Assembly (NCBI GenBank): GCA_905233345.1
Contig: CAJODQ010000006.1
Span: forward strand, 1-64,000
DNA: 64,000 bases
Reading direction: 5' to 3'
Source: an uncultured Bacteroidales bacterium
GTDB taxonomy: Bacteria > Bacteroidota > Bacteroidia > Bacteroidales > UBA932
Made by a program: the position numbers and the translations under genes. Below are positions 27,498 to 37,516 of this stretch, one piece after another. The notes beneath the pieces were generated by a model. That model was not told the origin of the DNA, ran no database searches, and worked only from the letters and a program-made list of their open reading frames with translations. Position 1 is the stretch's first letter, and every line of letters starts with the position of its first letter.

Positions 27498-28654
27498 TGG
27501 ATGCCGAGTTCTTTGATTTTTCGGTAGAGGGTGCGTTCGGAGATGCCGAGTTCCTCGGCGGCGGGCTTGCGGCGGCCGCCGTTGCGTTCCAGGGCCTTGC
27601 GGATGAGCTCCGCGCTGACGTCCTGGATGGAGACAGGCTCCTCGACCGGCAGCGGGACTTCCGTCGGCACGGCGTTGGTGTGCACGTCTTCCGCACTGAT
27701 GAGCAGTTTGTTGTGGGCGGCCTCTCCGTCCGCCTCGGCGGGCATGTTGTCGAGCCGGGCAGTGAGGACGTCGATGTCCTGCCGCAGCTGGTAGAGGATC
27801 TTGAAGATGATGTCGCGGTCGCTCATGTAGTCGGAGCCGGCGTTGCCGGTACGCACGGGCAGGTTGCCCGCGCCTTCGGCGGGAAGATAGCGGGCCAGCA
27901 CTTCCGCCGAGATGGTGCGGTTGCTCTCGAGCACGGAGATGCGGTTCACCACGCCCTGCAGCTGACGGATGTTGCCGGGCCAGCGGTAGTTCCGCGCCAA
28001 TTCCTGCGCGTCGGGCGTCAGGCGGATGGCTGGCACCATGTTCTGGTCGGCGAAGTCGAGGGCGAATTTGCGGAACAGCAGGACGATGTCGTCTTTCCGC
28101 TCCCGCAGCGGCGGGATGTGGATGGGTACCGTGCAGAGGCGGTAGTAGAGGTCTTCGCGGAACTTGCCGTCGCGTATGGCGTTCAGCAGGTTGACGTTGG
28201 TGGCAGCCACCACGCGGACATCGGTTTTCTGCACCTTGGCGGAACCCACTTTGATGAATTCGCCGGTCTGCAGGACGCGAAGCAGGCGCACCTGGGTCGA
28301 CAGGGGCAGTTCCGCCACCTCGTCGAGGAAGAGGGTGCCGCCGTTGGCTTCTTCGAAATAGCCCTTGCGGGTCTCGATGGCGCCGGTGAAGGAGCCCTTC
28401 TCGTGTCCGAACAGTTCGGAGTCGATGGTCCCTTCGGGGATGCCGCCGCAGTTGAGGGCGAGATAGACATTATGTTTGCGCGCGCTGAACTGGTGGATGA
28501 TCTGGGGAATGACCTCCTTGCCCACGCCGCTTTCGCCGGTGACCAGCACGGAAAGGTTGGTAGGAGCAACCTGGCGGGCGGTTTCGATGGCGCGGTCGAG
28601 TTCCGGATCATTGCCGATGATGCCGAAGCGCTGCTTGATCTGATTCAAATCCAT
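27494..28654 (-). CDS. sigma-54-dependent transcriptional activator (AAA+ EBP with C-terminal Fis-type HTH; no N-terminal sensory domain)
   Basis: Start re-placed at the ATG for MDLNQIK. Walker A VLVTGESGVGKE, GAFTGA-like motif GSFTGA, ESELFGHEKG, C-terminal HTH ...AAEELGISERTLYRKIKELGI. Confidence 0.85.
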   Translation of the reverse strand: MDLNQIKQRFGIIGNDPELDRAIETARQVAPTNLSVLVTGESGVGKEVIPQIIHQFSARKHNVYLALNCGGIPEGTIDSELFGHEKGSFTGAIETRKGYFEEANGGTLFLDEVAELPLSTQVRLLRVLQTGEFIKVGSAKVQKTDVRVVAATNVNLLNAIRDGKFREDLYYRLCTVPIHIPPLRERKDDIVLLFRKFALDFADQNMVPAIRLTPDAQELARNYRWPGNIRQLQGVVNRISVLESNRTISAEVLARYLPAEGAGNLPVRTGNAGSDYMSDRDIIFKILYQLRQDIDVLTARLDNMPAEADGEAAHNKLLISAEDVHTNAVPTEVPLPVEEPVSIQDVSAELIRKALERNGGRRKPAAEELGISERTLYRKIKELGIQ

Positions 28655-28742
28655 ATTTGCAAAGTTACGAAAAAAAGTATTATCTTTGTATGATATTACC
28701 CGTAGTGGCAAAAACCAATAAATTTTCAAATAAACTGTTTAT

Positions 28743-30389
28743 ATGAAAAAAATCTTTTCCAGCATTCTGCTGATCGCAGCCATCTCTTTCGGGCTCGCAT
28801 CCTGCACCAACGCCCAGAAGATGATCGACGCAGCCGACCAGATCGACATCAAGTGCAATCCGGAAGTGCTTGAGGTCATCGCCGGCAACATCGACGCTAC
28901 CGTTTCCGTAACCTTCCCGCCGGAGTACTTCCTCCCGAAGGCTACCCTCGAAGTCACGCCCGTCCTCCTCTATGTCGGCGGTGAAGCCGTTGGCAAACCG
29001 TTCGTCTATCAGGGCGAGAAAGTCACTGACAACTACAAGACCGTCACCAAGGCCGGTGCCACCATTTCCGAGAAGGTCCATTTCGACTATGTCCCGGGCA
29101 TGGAGAAATCCGAACTCGTCGGCCGCGCGAAGGTATATTACAAAGGTAACGAGTATGTGTACCCCGCCGACATCAAGATCGCTGACGGCGCCAACTGCAC
29201 CTACATGCTCGCTGACACCGACGGCAGCTACCACTACATGGCCGACGGCTACCAGGAAGTGATCCCCGAGACCGCTGAGGCCCAGATCATGTACCTGATC
29301 AACAGCTCCGATGTCCGTAACTCCGAGCTCAAGAGCGCCGATGTGAAAGACTTCCAGGAGGCCCTCAAGGCCCTCGCCGCTGACGAGCGCCGCGAAGTCA
29401 AGGGCACCGAGATCGTGGCTTACGCATCTCCGGATGGTCCTGACGCCCTCAACAACCGCCTCTCCGCCAACCGCGAGAAGAGCGCATCCAAGGCCTTCGA
29501 CAAAGTGACCAAGAAGCTCAACACCGGCGATGTGACCACCCGTTCCATCGGCGAAGACTGGGAAGGCTTCCAGGAACTCGTGCAGAACTCCAACATTGAA
29601 GACAAGGAACTCATCCTCCGCGTCCTCTCGATGTACAGCGATCCCAACGTCCGCGAGCGTGAGATCAAGAACATGTCGGCTGTCTACCAGTCGCTGAAGA
29701 CCAACATTCTCCCGCAGCTGCGCCGCGCCCGCTTCATCACCAACGTGGAGTACACCAACTACACCGCTGAAGAACTGGCCGACCTCGTGGAGAACAACAT
29801 CGACGTGCTCGACGAGCCCGCTCTCCTGCGTGCCGCCGCCAATGCCAAGAACATCGACTCCAAGATCGCCATCTACAAACAGGCTGTCAAGAAGTATGGC
29901 ACCGACAAGGCCAAATACAACCTCGGTGTGGCTTACCTCGACAAGGGTGACAACAAAGCCGCCAAGGACGCCTTCGACAAGATGGAGAAGAAGGAAGGCA
30001 ACTGCTACGACAACGTGATGGGTGTCCTCGCCCTCCGCGCCGGCAAACTCGACGAAGCAGCCAAGTGGTTCTCCAAGGTGACCTGCAAGCACGGCAAGAT
30101 CAACCAGGGTACCCTCGACATCCTCAACGGCAAATACAATGACGCCGTCGCCAAACTGGCCGGTACCGGTACGCACAACGAGACCATCTCTTACCTCGTG
30201 ACCAACCAGCTCGACAAGGCTGCCGCCACCATCAAGGGCAACTGCCCGAAGTGCAACTACAAGAAGGCCATCATCGCTGCCCGCAAGGGTGACGTGAACG
30301 CCTACAACGCAGCGATGGAAATCGTCAAGAAAAACGAAAAACTCGCTGACCGCGCTTCCAAAGATGTCGAATTCCTGAAGTACAGATAA
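28743..30389 (+). CDS. large lipoprotein of unknown function with C-terminal TPR-like region
   Basis: 548 aa. Lipobox FGLASCTN. C-terminal helical repeats (...KYNLGVAYLDKGDNKAAKDAFDKMEKKEGN...). Divergent from the sigma54 activator. Confidence 0.7.
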   Translation: MKKIFSSILLIAAISFGLASCTNAQKMIDAADQIDIKCNPEVLEVIAGNIDATVSVTFPPEYFLPKATLEVTPVLLYVGGEAVGKPFVYQGEKVTDNYKTVTKAGATISEKVHFDYVPGMEKSELVGRAKVYYKGNEYVYPADIKIADGANCTYMLADTDGSYHYMADGYQEVIPETAEAQIMYLINSSDVRNSELKSADVKDFQEALKALAADERREVKGTEIVAYASPDGPDALNNRLSANREKSASKAFDKVTKKLNTGDVTTRSIGEDWEGFQELVQNSNIEDKELILRVLSMYSDPNVREREIKNMSAVYQSLKTNILPQLRRARFITNVEYTNYTAEELADLVENNIDVLDEPALLRAAANAKNIDSKIAIYKQAVKKYGTDKAKYNLGVAYLDKGDNKAAKDAFDKMEKKEGNCYDNVMGVLALRAGKLDEAAKWFSKVTCKHGKINQGTLDILNGKYNDAVAKLAGTGTHNETISYLVTNQLDKAAATIKGNCPKCNYKKAIIAARKGDVNAYNAAMEIVKKNEKLADRASKDVEFLKYR

Positions 30390-30409
30390 CAAAAACATTT
30401 TTGTTATAA

Positions 30410-30450
30410 AAAAAGTGACCGGTTGGTGTATCAACCGGTCATTTTTTTAT
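30410..30450 (+). terminator. Rho-independent terminator
   Basis: aaaaaagTGACCGGTTGgtgtatCAACCGGTCAttttttt: perfect 10-bp stem followed by a T-run. An nrdD promoter -7 box TACCTTTG follows. Confidence 0.7.
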
Positions 30451-30532
30451 CTACCTTTGTAAAGGCTGTTGAGGCCATCTCCCCTAAAAAGGACTCTCAC
30501 ACATCACATAACCCCCTGGGGTACTGCACTTT

Positions 30533-32689
30533 ATGGACTATACTAACGACCTTTACATCATCAAAAGGGATGGCAAGCGTGCCCCCTTTTCCATCGAAAA
30601 GATTAAGAACGCCATCCGCAAGGCTTTCCTCGCTTCGGGTAGTTTTGCCACGGAAGAAACCCTGACCAACATCCTCAGCCGCGTCCACATCTCCAATGGG
30701 ATGCATGTTGAGGAGATTCAGAACCAGGTGGAGGTTTCGCTCATGAGCGAGCGCTACTTCGCCGTGGCCAAAGCCTACATGATCTACCGGCAGCACCACA
30801 CCGAAGACCGTGAAGTGCGCGACCGTCTCAACTTCCTGATCGACTACTGCTCGGCCGCGAACCCTGCCACCGGCAGCAAGTACGACGCCAACGCCAATGT
30901 CGAGAAGAAGAACATCGCGACACTCATCGGTGAACTGCCCAAGGCCAGCTTCATCCGCCTCAACCGCCGCATGCTCACCGACCGTATCCGTGAAATGTTC
31001 GGAAAGGAACTGTCCGACCGCTACCTCAGCCTGCTCAACGGACACTTCATCTATAAGAACGACGAAACCAGCCTGGCCAACTACTGCGCCAGCATCACCA
31101 TGTACCCCTGGCTATTGCAGGGCACCATTCCCCTGGGCGGCAACTCCACCCCGCCGACCAACCTCAAGAGCTTCTGCGGCGGCTTCGTGAACCTCGTGTT
31201 CATCGTCTCCAGCATGCTCAGCGGCGCCTGCGCCACGCCGGAATTCCTCATGTACATGAACTACTTCATCGAGATGGAATACGGCGAGGACTACTACCTG
31301 CATGCCGACGACGTGGTGGACCTCTCCCGGAAGCAGCGCACCATCGACAAGGTCATCACCGACTGCTTCGAGCAGATCGTCTATTCCATCAACCAGCCCA
31401 CGGGCGCCCGTAACTTCCAGTCCGTGTTCTGGAACATCTCCTACTACGACCGCTACTACTTCCAGAGCATCTTCGGCGACTTCATCTTCCCCGACGGCAG
31501 CCGCCCGCACTGGGATTCGCTCAACTGGCTGCAGAAACGCTTCATGAAGTGGTTCAACGCCGAGCGTACCAAGACCATCCTCACCTTCCCGGTCGAGACC
31601 ATGGCCCTGCTGACCCGCAACGAAGAAGTGCGTGACGAAGAATACGGCGACTGGACGGCCCAGATGTACAGCGAAGGACACAGCTTCTTCACCTACATGA
31701 GCGACAATGCCGACTCGCTGGCCAGCTGCTGCCGCCTCCGCAACGAGATCCAGGACAACGGTTTCAGCTACACCCTCGGCGCCGGCGGTGTCTCGACGGG
31801 CTCCAAGAGCGTGCTGACCATCAACCTCAACCGCTGCGTGCAGTACGCTTTCAAGAAGGGCATCCCGTACCTGGAATACCTCGAAGAAGTGGTCGACCTG
31901 ATGCACAAGGTGCAGCTCGCCTACAACGAGAACCTGCGCGACCTCATGGAGAAAGGCATGCTGCCGCTCTTCGACGCCGGCTTCATCAACATCGGCCGCC
32001 AGTACCTCACGATCGGCGTGAACGGACTGGTCGAGGCTGCCGAGTTCCTGGGCATCAAGATCACCGACAACCCGGATTATGTGGCCTTCGTGCAGGGTGT
32101 CCTCGGCATGATCGAGCGCCTCAACAAGCAATACCGCACCAAGGACGTGATGTTCAACTGCGAGATGATCCCCGCCGAGAATGTGGGTGTCAAGCACGCC
32201 AAATGGGACAAGGAAGACGGCTACATCGTGCCGCGTGACTGCTACAACAGCTACTTCTACATCGTGGAAGACGAGAACACCAACATCCTCGACAAGTTCC
32301 GTCTCCACGGCTCGAAGTATATCGAGCACCTGACGGGCGGCAGCGCGCTCCACATGAACCTCGAGGAGCACCTGAGCAAGGCCCAGTACCGCCAGCTGCT
32401 GCGCGTCGCGGCCAAGGAGGGTTGCAACTACTTTACCTTCAACATCCCCAACACCATCTGCAACACCTGCGGACACATCGACAAACGTTACCTGCACGAG
32501 TGCCCGAAGTGCGGCAGCCACGACGTGGACTACGCCACCCGCATCATCGGTTACATGAAGCGCGTGAGCAGCTTCTCGCAGCCGCGCCAGAAAGAGGCCG
32601 CCCGCCGCTACTACGCCAACGTCAACAAGACCGAGGCCGAAAAGCAGCCCGCTGAACCGGTTGAAGTGCCGGTAGCGCAGGAGGCTTGA
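30533..32689 (+). CDS. nrdD: anaerobic ribonucleoside-triphosphate reductase (class III RNR)
   Basis: 718 aa. N-terminal ATP-cone, and a C-terminal Zn ribbon CNTCGH...CPKCGS followed by the glycyl-radical motif RIIGY. Confidence 0.9.
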   Translation: MDYTNDLYIIKRDGKRAPFSIEKIKNAIRKAFLASGSFATEETLTNILSRVHISNGMHVEEIQNQVEVSLMSERYFAVAKAYMIYRQHHTEDREVRDRLNFLIDYCSAANPATGSKYDANANVEKKNIATLIGELPKASFIRLNRRMLTDRIREMFGKELSDRYLSLLNGHFIYKNDETSLANYCASITMYPWLLQGTIPLGGNSTPPTNLKSFCGGFVNLVFIVSSMLSGACATPEFLMYMNYFIEMEYGEDYYLHADDVVDLSRKQRTIDKVITDCFEQIVYSINQPTGARNFQSVFWNISYYDRYYFQSIFGDFIFPDGSRPHWDSLNWLQKRFMKWFNAERTKTILTFPVETMALLTRNEEVRDEEYGDWTAQMYSEGHSFFTYMSDNADSLASCCRLRNEIQDNGFSYTLGAGGVSTGSKSVLTINLNRCVQYAFKKGIPYLEYLEEVVDLMHKVQLAYNENLRDLMEKGMLPLFDAGFINIGRQYLTIGVNGLVEAAEFLGIKITDNPDYVAFVQGVLGMIERLNKQYRTKDVMFNCEMIPAENVGVKHAKWDKEDGYIVPRDCYNSYFYIVEDENTNILDKFRLHGSKYIEHLTGGSALHMNLEEHLSKAQYRQLLRVAAKEGCNYFTFNIPNTICNTCGHIDKRYLHECPKCGSHDVDYATRIIGYMKRVSSFSQPRQKEAARRYYANVNKTEAEKQPAEPVEVPVAQEA

Positions 32690-32690
32690 G

Positions 32691-33161
32691 ATGCTGAAGT
32701 TCCACAACTACGACATCGTATTCCAAGAGATACCCGATGAGTTGACGCTCGCCGTCAATCTCACCGGGTGTCCTTGTCATTGCCCGGGGTGCCATAGTCC
32801 GCACCTCTGGGAAGATACCGGCACGCCGCTCGACGCGCCGATGCTGCAGCGCATTTACGAAGAATACGCCGGCGAAGTGACCTGCATCTGTCTGATGGGC
32901 GGCGACGCCGACCCGGCCGCCGTAGAGCGCCTCTGCGCCTATGTCAAGCAGGAGATGGGCTTGCGGAGCGCCTGGTGGTCGGGGCGTCCGGAACTGCCCG
33001 CCGGCATCGACCTGACCCATTTCGACTATGTCAAGACTGGGCCTTACATCGAAGCGCTGGGCGGGCTCAAGAGCCCCAAAACCAACCAGCGCCTCTACCG
33101 CGTGGCGGCAGGAGCGCTGGAGGACATCACTTCGCGGTTCTGGCGATCAGAACATCTCTGA
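32691..33161 (+). CDS. nrdG: anaerobic ribonucleotide reductase activating protein (radical SAM)
   Basis: 156 aa. Cys cluster LTGCPCHCPGCHSP. Directly downstream of nrdD. Confidence 0.85.
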   Translation: MLKFHNYDIVFQEIPDELTLAVNLTGCPCHCPGCHSPHLWEDTGTPLDAPMLQRIYEEYAGEVTCICLMGGDADPAAVERLCAYVKQEMGLRSAWWSGRPELPAGIDLTHFDYVKTGPYIEALGGLKSPKTNQRLYRVAAGALEDITSRFWRSEHL

Positions 33162-34136
33162 CCGGACCAGCCCCATCATCGTCAGCACGATAAACACCAC
33201 CAGGACGATCACCCAGAGCAGGAACAGCACCAGGCCGGGACGCCAGGAAGGTGTCTTCAGATTGAAGATCAGCATGATGCCGGCGTAGATCAGGCCCACC
33301 ACCGGCAGGAAGTACAGCAACACAAGATCCAGCTTGTAGAGGAAGGTTCCGGCCAGCGGCATGGTGAACGGGATCTCGTCGACCAGTTGTTCCCAGCCTT
33401 CCCGGATCATATCCCAGCCGAAGAGTTCCTGTCCGAAAATCGCGGCCACGCCGAAGGTCAGGCCGGCCACGCCCATCAGCAAGAGAAAGACACCAATGAT
33501 GATGCGGAGCACATTGCCCAGCTCGCTGCCGGCCGGCTTGCTGCCGGCGGGCGGGTTGGTCACACCCATCTCCCAGCGCTGCTTCACCGTCTTGGCCTCA
33601 GGCATGGCGATCCAGAGGATGATGTAGGCCAGGATGGCGAAACTGCCGTAACTGTGGACATTCCAGTGGCTGTTGCTCCAGTGGAGCGAGAAGCCCAGAA
33701 GCGTCAGGGCAATGAAAATGATGCGGAACCACACCACGTCGAGCTTGAAATAGGCGGCCAGGCCGCTGCAGACACCGCCCAGCATCTTGTTGGTCGGATC
33801 GCGGTAGAGCCGTTTCTTGCCTTCGCGGCGGTTGTCGCCGGGGACAAATTCGTCCTTCTTGATATCCGGATCCTGGTCCGACTCGATGGCCGAGGGCTTG
33901 CCCAGGGTGGCGATGATGTCGTTGATCTGGGCGACGGAAGCCACACCGTTGTCGGCGCATTTCTCGTAGAGCAGTTCCGCCATCCGCTCCTCGATGCCTT
34001 CCATGATTTCCGAGCCTCCTTCCCGCTGGGAATAGTAGGCTTCCAGTTCGTCAAGATACTGCTTGACGATGGCGTAGGCCTCCACTTCGAGCGTGAAGGC
34101 GTAACCGCCGATACTGACTTTCTCAACTTCTGTCAT
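33147..34136 (-). CDS. PspC-domain membrane protein
   Basis: 329 aa. PspC motif RDPTNKMLGGVCSGLAAYFKLDVVWFRIIFIALTLLG, then additional TM helices. Confidence 0.8.
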   Translation of the reverse strand: MTEVEKVSIGGYAFTLEVEAYAIVKQYLDELEAYYSQREGGSEIMEGIEERMAELLYEKCADNGVASVAQINDIIATLGKPSAIESDQDPDIKKDEFVPGDNRREGKKRLYRDPTNKMLGGVCSGLAAYFKLDVVWFRIIFIALTLLGFSLHWSNSHWNVHSYGSFAILAYIILWIAMPEAKTVKQRWEMGVTNPPAGSKPAGSELGNVLRIIIGVFLLLMGVAGLTFGVAAIFGQELFGWDMIREGWEQLVDEIPFTMPLAGTFLYKLDLVLLYFLPVVGLIYAGIMLIFNLKTPSWRPGLVLFLLWVIVLVVFIVLTMMGLVRSEMF

Positions 34137-34462
34137 TGCTTCAAGGTTTTGATGGTTTCTACCAATTCGTCCCAGGAGGCATCCATCACGCCGAGCAGCG
34201 CGCGGCCGTCCTCACTGATGCAATAATATTTGCGCGGAGGCCCCTGCGGGGACTCTTCCCAGCGGTACGTCAGCGACCCCTGGTTCTTGAGGCGGATGAG
34301 CAGCGGATAGAGGGTGCCTTCCACCACGATCAGACCCGCTGCCTTGAGCGCGTCGATGATCGAGGACGCATAGGCTTCCTGCTTGTCCAGAATGCTCAGG
34401 ATGCAGTATTCCAGCACCCCTTTCCGCATCTGCGAACGCACGTTTTCTACATTGACTTCCAT
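34133..34462 (-). CDS. PadR-family transcriptional regulator
   Basis: Start re-placed at the internal ATG (MEVNVENVRSQMRKGVLEYCILSIL...). Winged-helix PadR signature ...EGTLYPLLIRLKNQGSL.... Confidence 0.85.
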   Translation of the reverse strand: MEVNVENVRSQMRKGVLEYCILSILDKQEAYASSIIDALKAAGLIVVEGTLYPLLIRLKNQGSLTYRWEESPQGPPRKYYCISEDGRALLGVMDASWDELVETIKTLKQ

Positions 34463-34466
34463 GGCT

Positions 34467-35045
34467 TTATTTGCTATTGTCGGTAAAACGGGCCATGTTT
34501 TCGGCATTGGCTTCAATGCCGCGGAGTTCGCACTTCTGGGCCGGGGTCAGGGCCTTGGGGGCCACGATCCAGATGATGATGTAGAGCCAGAAGCCGAAGC
34601 CGCAGCCGATAAGCAGGGCCAGGAAAATGATACGGATCAAGGTCACGTCGATGTCGAAATAAGCCGCCAGGCCGCTGCAGACGCCGCCGATCTTCCGGTT
34701 TTCCACATCGAGATAAAGTTTCTTTACAGGGTTCATGGTTTTTTCCTCCTTTATTTCCTGATAATCGTTGTTGGTAAATTCGGGCTTGCCGTCGGGCATT
34801 CCGAGTTGTGCAGTGATCTGGTTGACCATGTCCAGGCTGACGGTCTGTTGGCCGGATCCCAGATTCTCGAGTAACAGCTCCGCAATGCGGGCTTCGATGT
34901 CGTCCATCACCTCTTGTCCCTGGTCGTCCTTGAGCCGGGTACGGAAGGTGCCGAGATAGTCTTTGAGGCGCTCGTGCGCATCTTCATCAATGATGAAGCT
35001 CTTGCCGCCGATGCCGATGATCAAGGTTTTTTTCATAGTCGTCAT
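34467..35045 (-). CDS. PspC-domain membrane protein
   Basis: 192 aa. C-terminal PspC motif LYLDVENRKIGGVCSGLAAYFDIDVTLIRIIFLAL. The N-terminal region has the same organisation as the first PspC-like gene. Confidence 0.8.
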   Translation of the reverse strand: MTTMKKTLIIGIGGKSFIIDEDAHERLKDYLGTFRTRLKDDQGQEVMDDIEARIAELLLENLGSGQQTVSLDMVNQITAQLGMPDGKPEFTNNDYQEIKEEKTMNPVKKLYLDVENRKIGGVCSGLAAYFDIDVTLIRIIFLALLIGCGFGFWLYIIIWIVAPKALTPAQKCELRGIEANAENMARFTDNSK

Positions 35046-35077
35046 CCCCGACTGGTTCGGGGATCTCTTTTATTTGT

Positions 35078-36397
35078 TTAATACAATTCAATCGGATTTC
35101 CTCTGTAGAAATCAATCAATCCGTTTTGATAAAGGGCTTCGCAGCGGGCCTGGGCCAGATCGGAAACCGCTTTCAGGTATTGGTTTTTGGATTCGTTGAA
35201 CTCCGTGATGGAGGCCTTGCCGTTCTCGTATTTGGCCTGCACCAGCAGGAAGCTCTCTTCGGCAGCCCGTTCCGCCTCGCGGCTGCTCTCATATTTTCGG
35301 TAGGCAGCGATGGCATTGTACCAGGTTTGCTGGATCTCCTTGTAGAGCTGCTTCTTGGTCTGGTCGAGCTGCAGCTGCTGCGACTGGTAGCTGATCTTGG
35401 CGCTGCGCACCTGGTTGCGGTTGCTCATGCGCGAGAAGATCGGAATGCTGAGCGACAGGCCCACGTACTGGCTGAAGTTGTTGGCCAGCTGGTCCAGGAA
35501 CTTCGCACTCGTAGATCCGGAATTGGAATAGTAGTTCGTGCCCAGGCCGCCGCTGAGCGAGAGGGTCGGCAGGTAACCGCCCTTGGCCAGGGCGATGTTC
35601 CGTTCGGCATAGTCCACGCGGGTTTCCTGTGCCTGAATGGCAGGCTTGCAGTTTACGGCCTCGTCGAAAATTTCATCCGGGGTTCCCCAGGGCAGTTCGG
35701 GTTCCAGAAAGACGGGGACCTCAATCGAAAAACCGTCCGGAGAAGGAATTTCCAGCAGCTGAACCAGGTCGAGCTCGGCCAGCTGCAGGCTGTGGTCGGC
35801 CTGCACGGCGGTCAGCCGGCTCTGGGCCAGGGTGGCTTGCTGCTGGGCCACATCGGCCGCGGAAGCCTTGCCGTTGTCGCGCATCTCCGACAGACGGACC
35901 ACCTGCATCGAGTCGATTTCCACCTGGCGGAGGGCTACATCGAGGAGTTCCAGCTTATAGAGGATCTGCACGTAGGCCTGGGCCACAGCTACGCGGATAT
36001 CGTCGCGCACCGTCTCCAGATCTTCGGAGGCCACCTTCAGATTCAGCTTGCTGAGCTCGATGTTGTTCTTGTTGCGCAGGCCTCTGAACAGGGTCATGTC
36101 GGCGCCGAGGCTGAAACCCGTATTCGTGGTATTCGTGTTGGCGTAGGTATTGTCGGCGGTCAGGCCACGTCCGAACGAAAGGTTCTCCGAGGCACTGGCG
36201 GAGACACCGGGCAGGATGTTGGCACGCGCCGTGCTCAGGTCGATTTCGCGCTGCTGCACCGTCAGGGCGCTCTGCTGCACCTTCAGGTTGTGTGCGAGCG
36301 CATATTCAATGCAGTCCTGCAGCGACCAGGGCTTTTCCTGTGCGCCAGCACTCAGTGTGGCGAACAGCAGTGTGGCAAATATTACAATCTTTTTCAT
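35078..36397 (-). CDS. TolC-family outer-membrane efflux protein
   Basis: Start at the internal ATG (MKKIVIFATLLFATLSAGAQ). Two-repeat coiled-coil/beta-barrel organisation of OEP/TolC. Confidence 0.85.
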   Translation of the reverse strand: MKKIVIFATLLFATLSAGAQEKPWSLQDCIEYALAHNLKVQQSALTVQQREIDLSTARANILPGVSASASENLSFGRGLTADNTYANTNTTNTGFSLGADMTLFRGLRNKNNIELSKLNLKVASEDLETVRDDIRVAVAQAYVQILYKLELLDVALRQVEIDSMQVVRLSEMRDNGKASAADVAQQQATLAQSRLTAVQADHSLQLAELDLVQLLEIPSPDGFSIEVPVFLEPELPWGTPDEIFDEAVNCKPAIQAQETRVDYAERNIALAKGGYLPTLSLSGGLGTNYYSNSGSTSAKFLDQLANNFSQYVGLSLSIPIFSRMSNRNQVRSAKISYQSQQLQLDQTKKQLYKEIQQTWYNAIAAYRKYESSREAERAAEESFLLVQAKYENGKASITEFNESKNQYLKAVSDLAQARCEALYQNGLIDFYRGNPIELY

Positions 36398-36398
36398 C

Positions 36399-37490
36399 TT
36401 ATTTCTCCTCGATGATCTGGTTGCCGCGGACCACGTCGCCTTCATTGAGCCCGCTCTTGATTTCGATGTTGATACCGTCGCTGATACCGGTTGTGACCGG
36501 GGTACGGACGAAGCCGTCCGCGCCTTTCAGGTATACGAAGGTCGAATCACCCGAGAACTCGAGTGCGCTCTCCGACACGGCGAGCACCTGCTCCACCTTC
36601 TGCAGTACGATCTCGGCATTGGCGCTGTAGCCCGAACGGATCTGCTGGTTGGGGTCGGCTTTGACGGCGGCCTTGATCTCGAACTGGTTGGCGCCGTTGC
36701 TCTCTACGGCTTTCGGGGAGATGTACTCGAGCATGGCGTCGAAGGAGTAGTCCTGCAGGGCGCCGATGGAGATCTCCACGGGCATGCCCTCGGAGAGGGC
36801 GCCGACCTCCGTCTCGTCGATCTGGCCGTCGAAGATCAGGTCTTTCATGTTGGCCACAGTGGCCACGGTCGTACCGTCGTTCATGGTGTTGGCCTGGATC
36901 ACGGAGTTACCCACTTTCACGGGGATGTCGAGGATCAGGCCGGTGATGGTGGAACGCACCAGCGTCGAGCTCGACTTGGCGTTCGCCTTCGACACACCGT
37001 CGCGTACCACTTCAAGGGCGTCCTGGGCGGCGGCCGCCTCTTCCTTGGCCTGCTGCAGCTTCTGGTTCACCTGATCGTACTCCTCGGCGCTCACCAGATT
37101 CTTTTCGAACAGCGCCTTCTCGCGGTCGAAGTTGGTCTGGGCCTGCTTGAGGTTGATCTCGGCCAGACGTACGCGGCTCTGGGCGGAACTCAGCGAGTTC
37201 ATGTCGGGGATCACCGTCAGCTTGGCGATAACTTCGCCACGTTCCACCGGCTGGCCGGCCTCCTTGTAGAGCTCGGCGATGATGCCGTTGATCTGCGGCT
37301 TGATGTTCACCTCATTGCGCGGAACGATCTTGCCGGTCACCACGGTGGTCCGCTGGATGTCGGTCCGCTCCACGGTCAACTCATGGTAGGACACTTCCTT
37401 CGGCTTGGATTTGACAAAGAGGAAGATGAAGGTTCCCAGAAAGATGATGGCGATCAAGGTAACCACAATGTACTTCAATGCTTTTTTCAT
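36399..37490 (-). CDS. efflux transporter periplasmic adaptor subunit (HlyD/MacA-like membrane fusion protein)
   Basis: 363 aa. N-terminal TM anchor, coiled-coil hairpin, then lipoyl/beta-barrel domains. Confidence 0.85.
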   Translation of the reverse strand: MKKALKYIVVTLIAIIFLGTFIFLFVKSKPKEVSYHELTVERTDIQRTTVVTGKIVPRNEVNIKPQINGIIAELYKEAGQPVERGEVIAKLTVIPDMNSLSSAQSRVRLAEINLKQAQTNFDREKALFEKNLVSAEEYDQVNQKLQQAKEEAAAAQDALEVVRDGVSKANAKSSSTLVRSTITGLILDIPVKVGNSVIQANTMNDGTTVATVANMKDLIFDGQIDETEVGALSEGMPVEISIGALQDYSFDAMLEYISPKAVESNGANQFEIKAAVKADPNQQIRSGYSANAEIVLQKVEQVLAVSESALEFSGDSTFVYLKGADGFVRTPVTTGISDGINIEIKSGLNEGDVVRGNQIIEEK

Positions 37491-37516
37491 ATCGTTGTTT
37501 TTATTTATTTCTTCTA

